DNA of 16,713 nucleotides from Oculatellaceae cyanobacterium bins.114 (GTDB lineage: Bacteria > Cyanobacteriota > Cyanobacteriia > Elainellales > Elainellaceae): the NCBI GenBank assembly GCA_033764315.1, contig JANRJA010000015.1, forward strand, positions 1 through 16,713. The letters are read 5' to 3'. Both the position numbers and the translations under genes were made by a program. The notes under the pieces were generated by a model. It ran no database searches and was not told the origin of the DNA. It saw nothing but the letters and a program-made list of their open reading frames with translations. This document shows positions 16,386 to 16,713 of this stretch, piece after piece. Within the stretch, counting starts at the first letter, position 1. Each line of letters begins with the position of its first letter.

Positions 16386-16713
16386 ATGTCACTGACTGCT
16401 CCAGCACGTATTCATCTGATTCCAGCGAAGGCATCACCCTATGTGCTCATCATCCGCCGAAAGCCTTCCAAATGCTTCCACCTCATTCTCTGGAACACGC
16501 AGATCGACACTCTAGAGTATGGTTCGTGGTTTCACGGCAAGCTGTATCCAAAACGTTGTGACATCTCATTTGATGGACAGTGGATGGTCTATTTGGCAAT
16601 GGGTGCCTCTGGCAACACTTGGAATGGGGTCTGTCGCCTACCGTATCTCCGCACGGTTGCTGAAGGTTCAGCGATGGGCACCTGGTTTGGGGGTGGCTAT
16701 TGGAGCGATCGCG
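16386..16713 (+). CDS. Hypothetical protein (3'-truncated by window; not in the ORF track)
   Basis: Open to the window end: MSLTAPARIHLIPAKASPYVLIIRRKPSKCFHLILWNTQIDTLEYGSWFHGKLYPKRCDISFDGQWMVYLAMGASGNTWNGVCRLPYLRTVAEGSAMGTWFGGGYWSDR. Beta-rich, with a DIS.DG..V.Y propeller-like motif. Confidence 0.7.
   Translation, partial: MSLTAPARIHLIPAKASPYVLIIRRKPSKCFHLILWNTQIDTLEYGSWFHGKLYPKRCDISFDGQWMVYLAMGASGNTWNGVCRLPYLRTVAEGSAMGTWFGGGYWSDR

Overview
Cyanobacterial chromosomal window (about 30 copies of the HIP1 octamer GCGATCGC by eye, plus raf1). Left to right: 3' end of a winged-helix gene and an AT-rich putative mobile-element end abutting tRNA-Ala(GGC); raf1; two GT-C-type membrane glycosyltransferase genes (GT39/PMT-like and DUF2079-like); a UvrD/Rep helicase; a HIP1-poor 4.4 kb block (small secreted SFPD-repeat protein resembling 7_1 knot proteins, a GTAG-REP/MITE, a non-coding 21-bp periodic array, and a NACHT NTPase with pentapeptide repeats); a DHA2 MFS transporter; a class I/II aminotransferase bracketed by two 105-bp direct repeats; and the start of a hypothetical gene. 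Intergenic DNA is crowded with small, partly nested MITE/REP elements. Best leads: the 21-bp array in front of the NACHT gene, the transposon-end-like sequence spaced like a type V-K CAST insertion behind the tRNA, and the probable knotted protein. All assignments are by eye; no searches were run.
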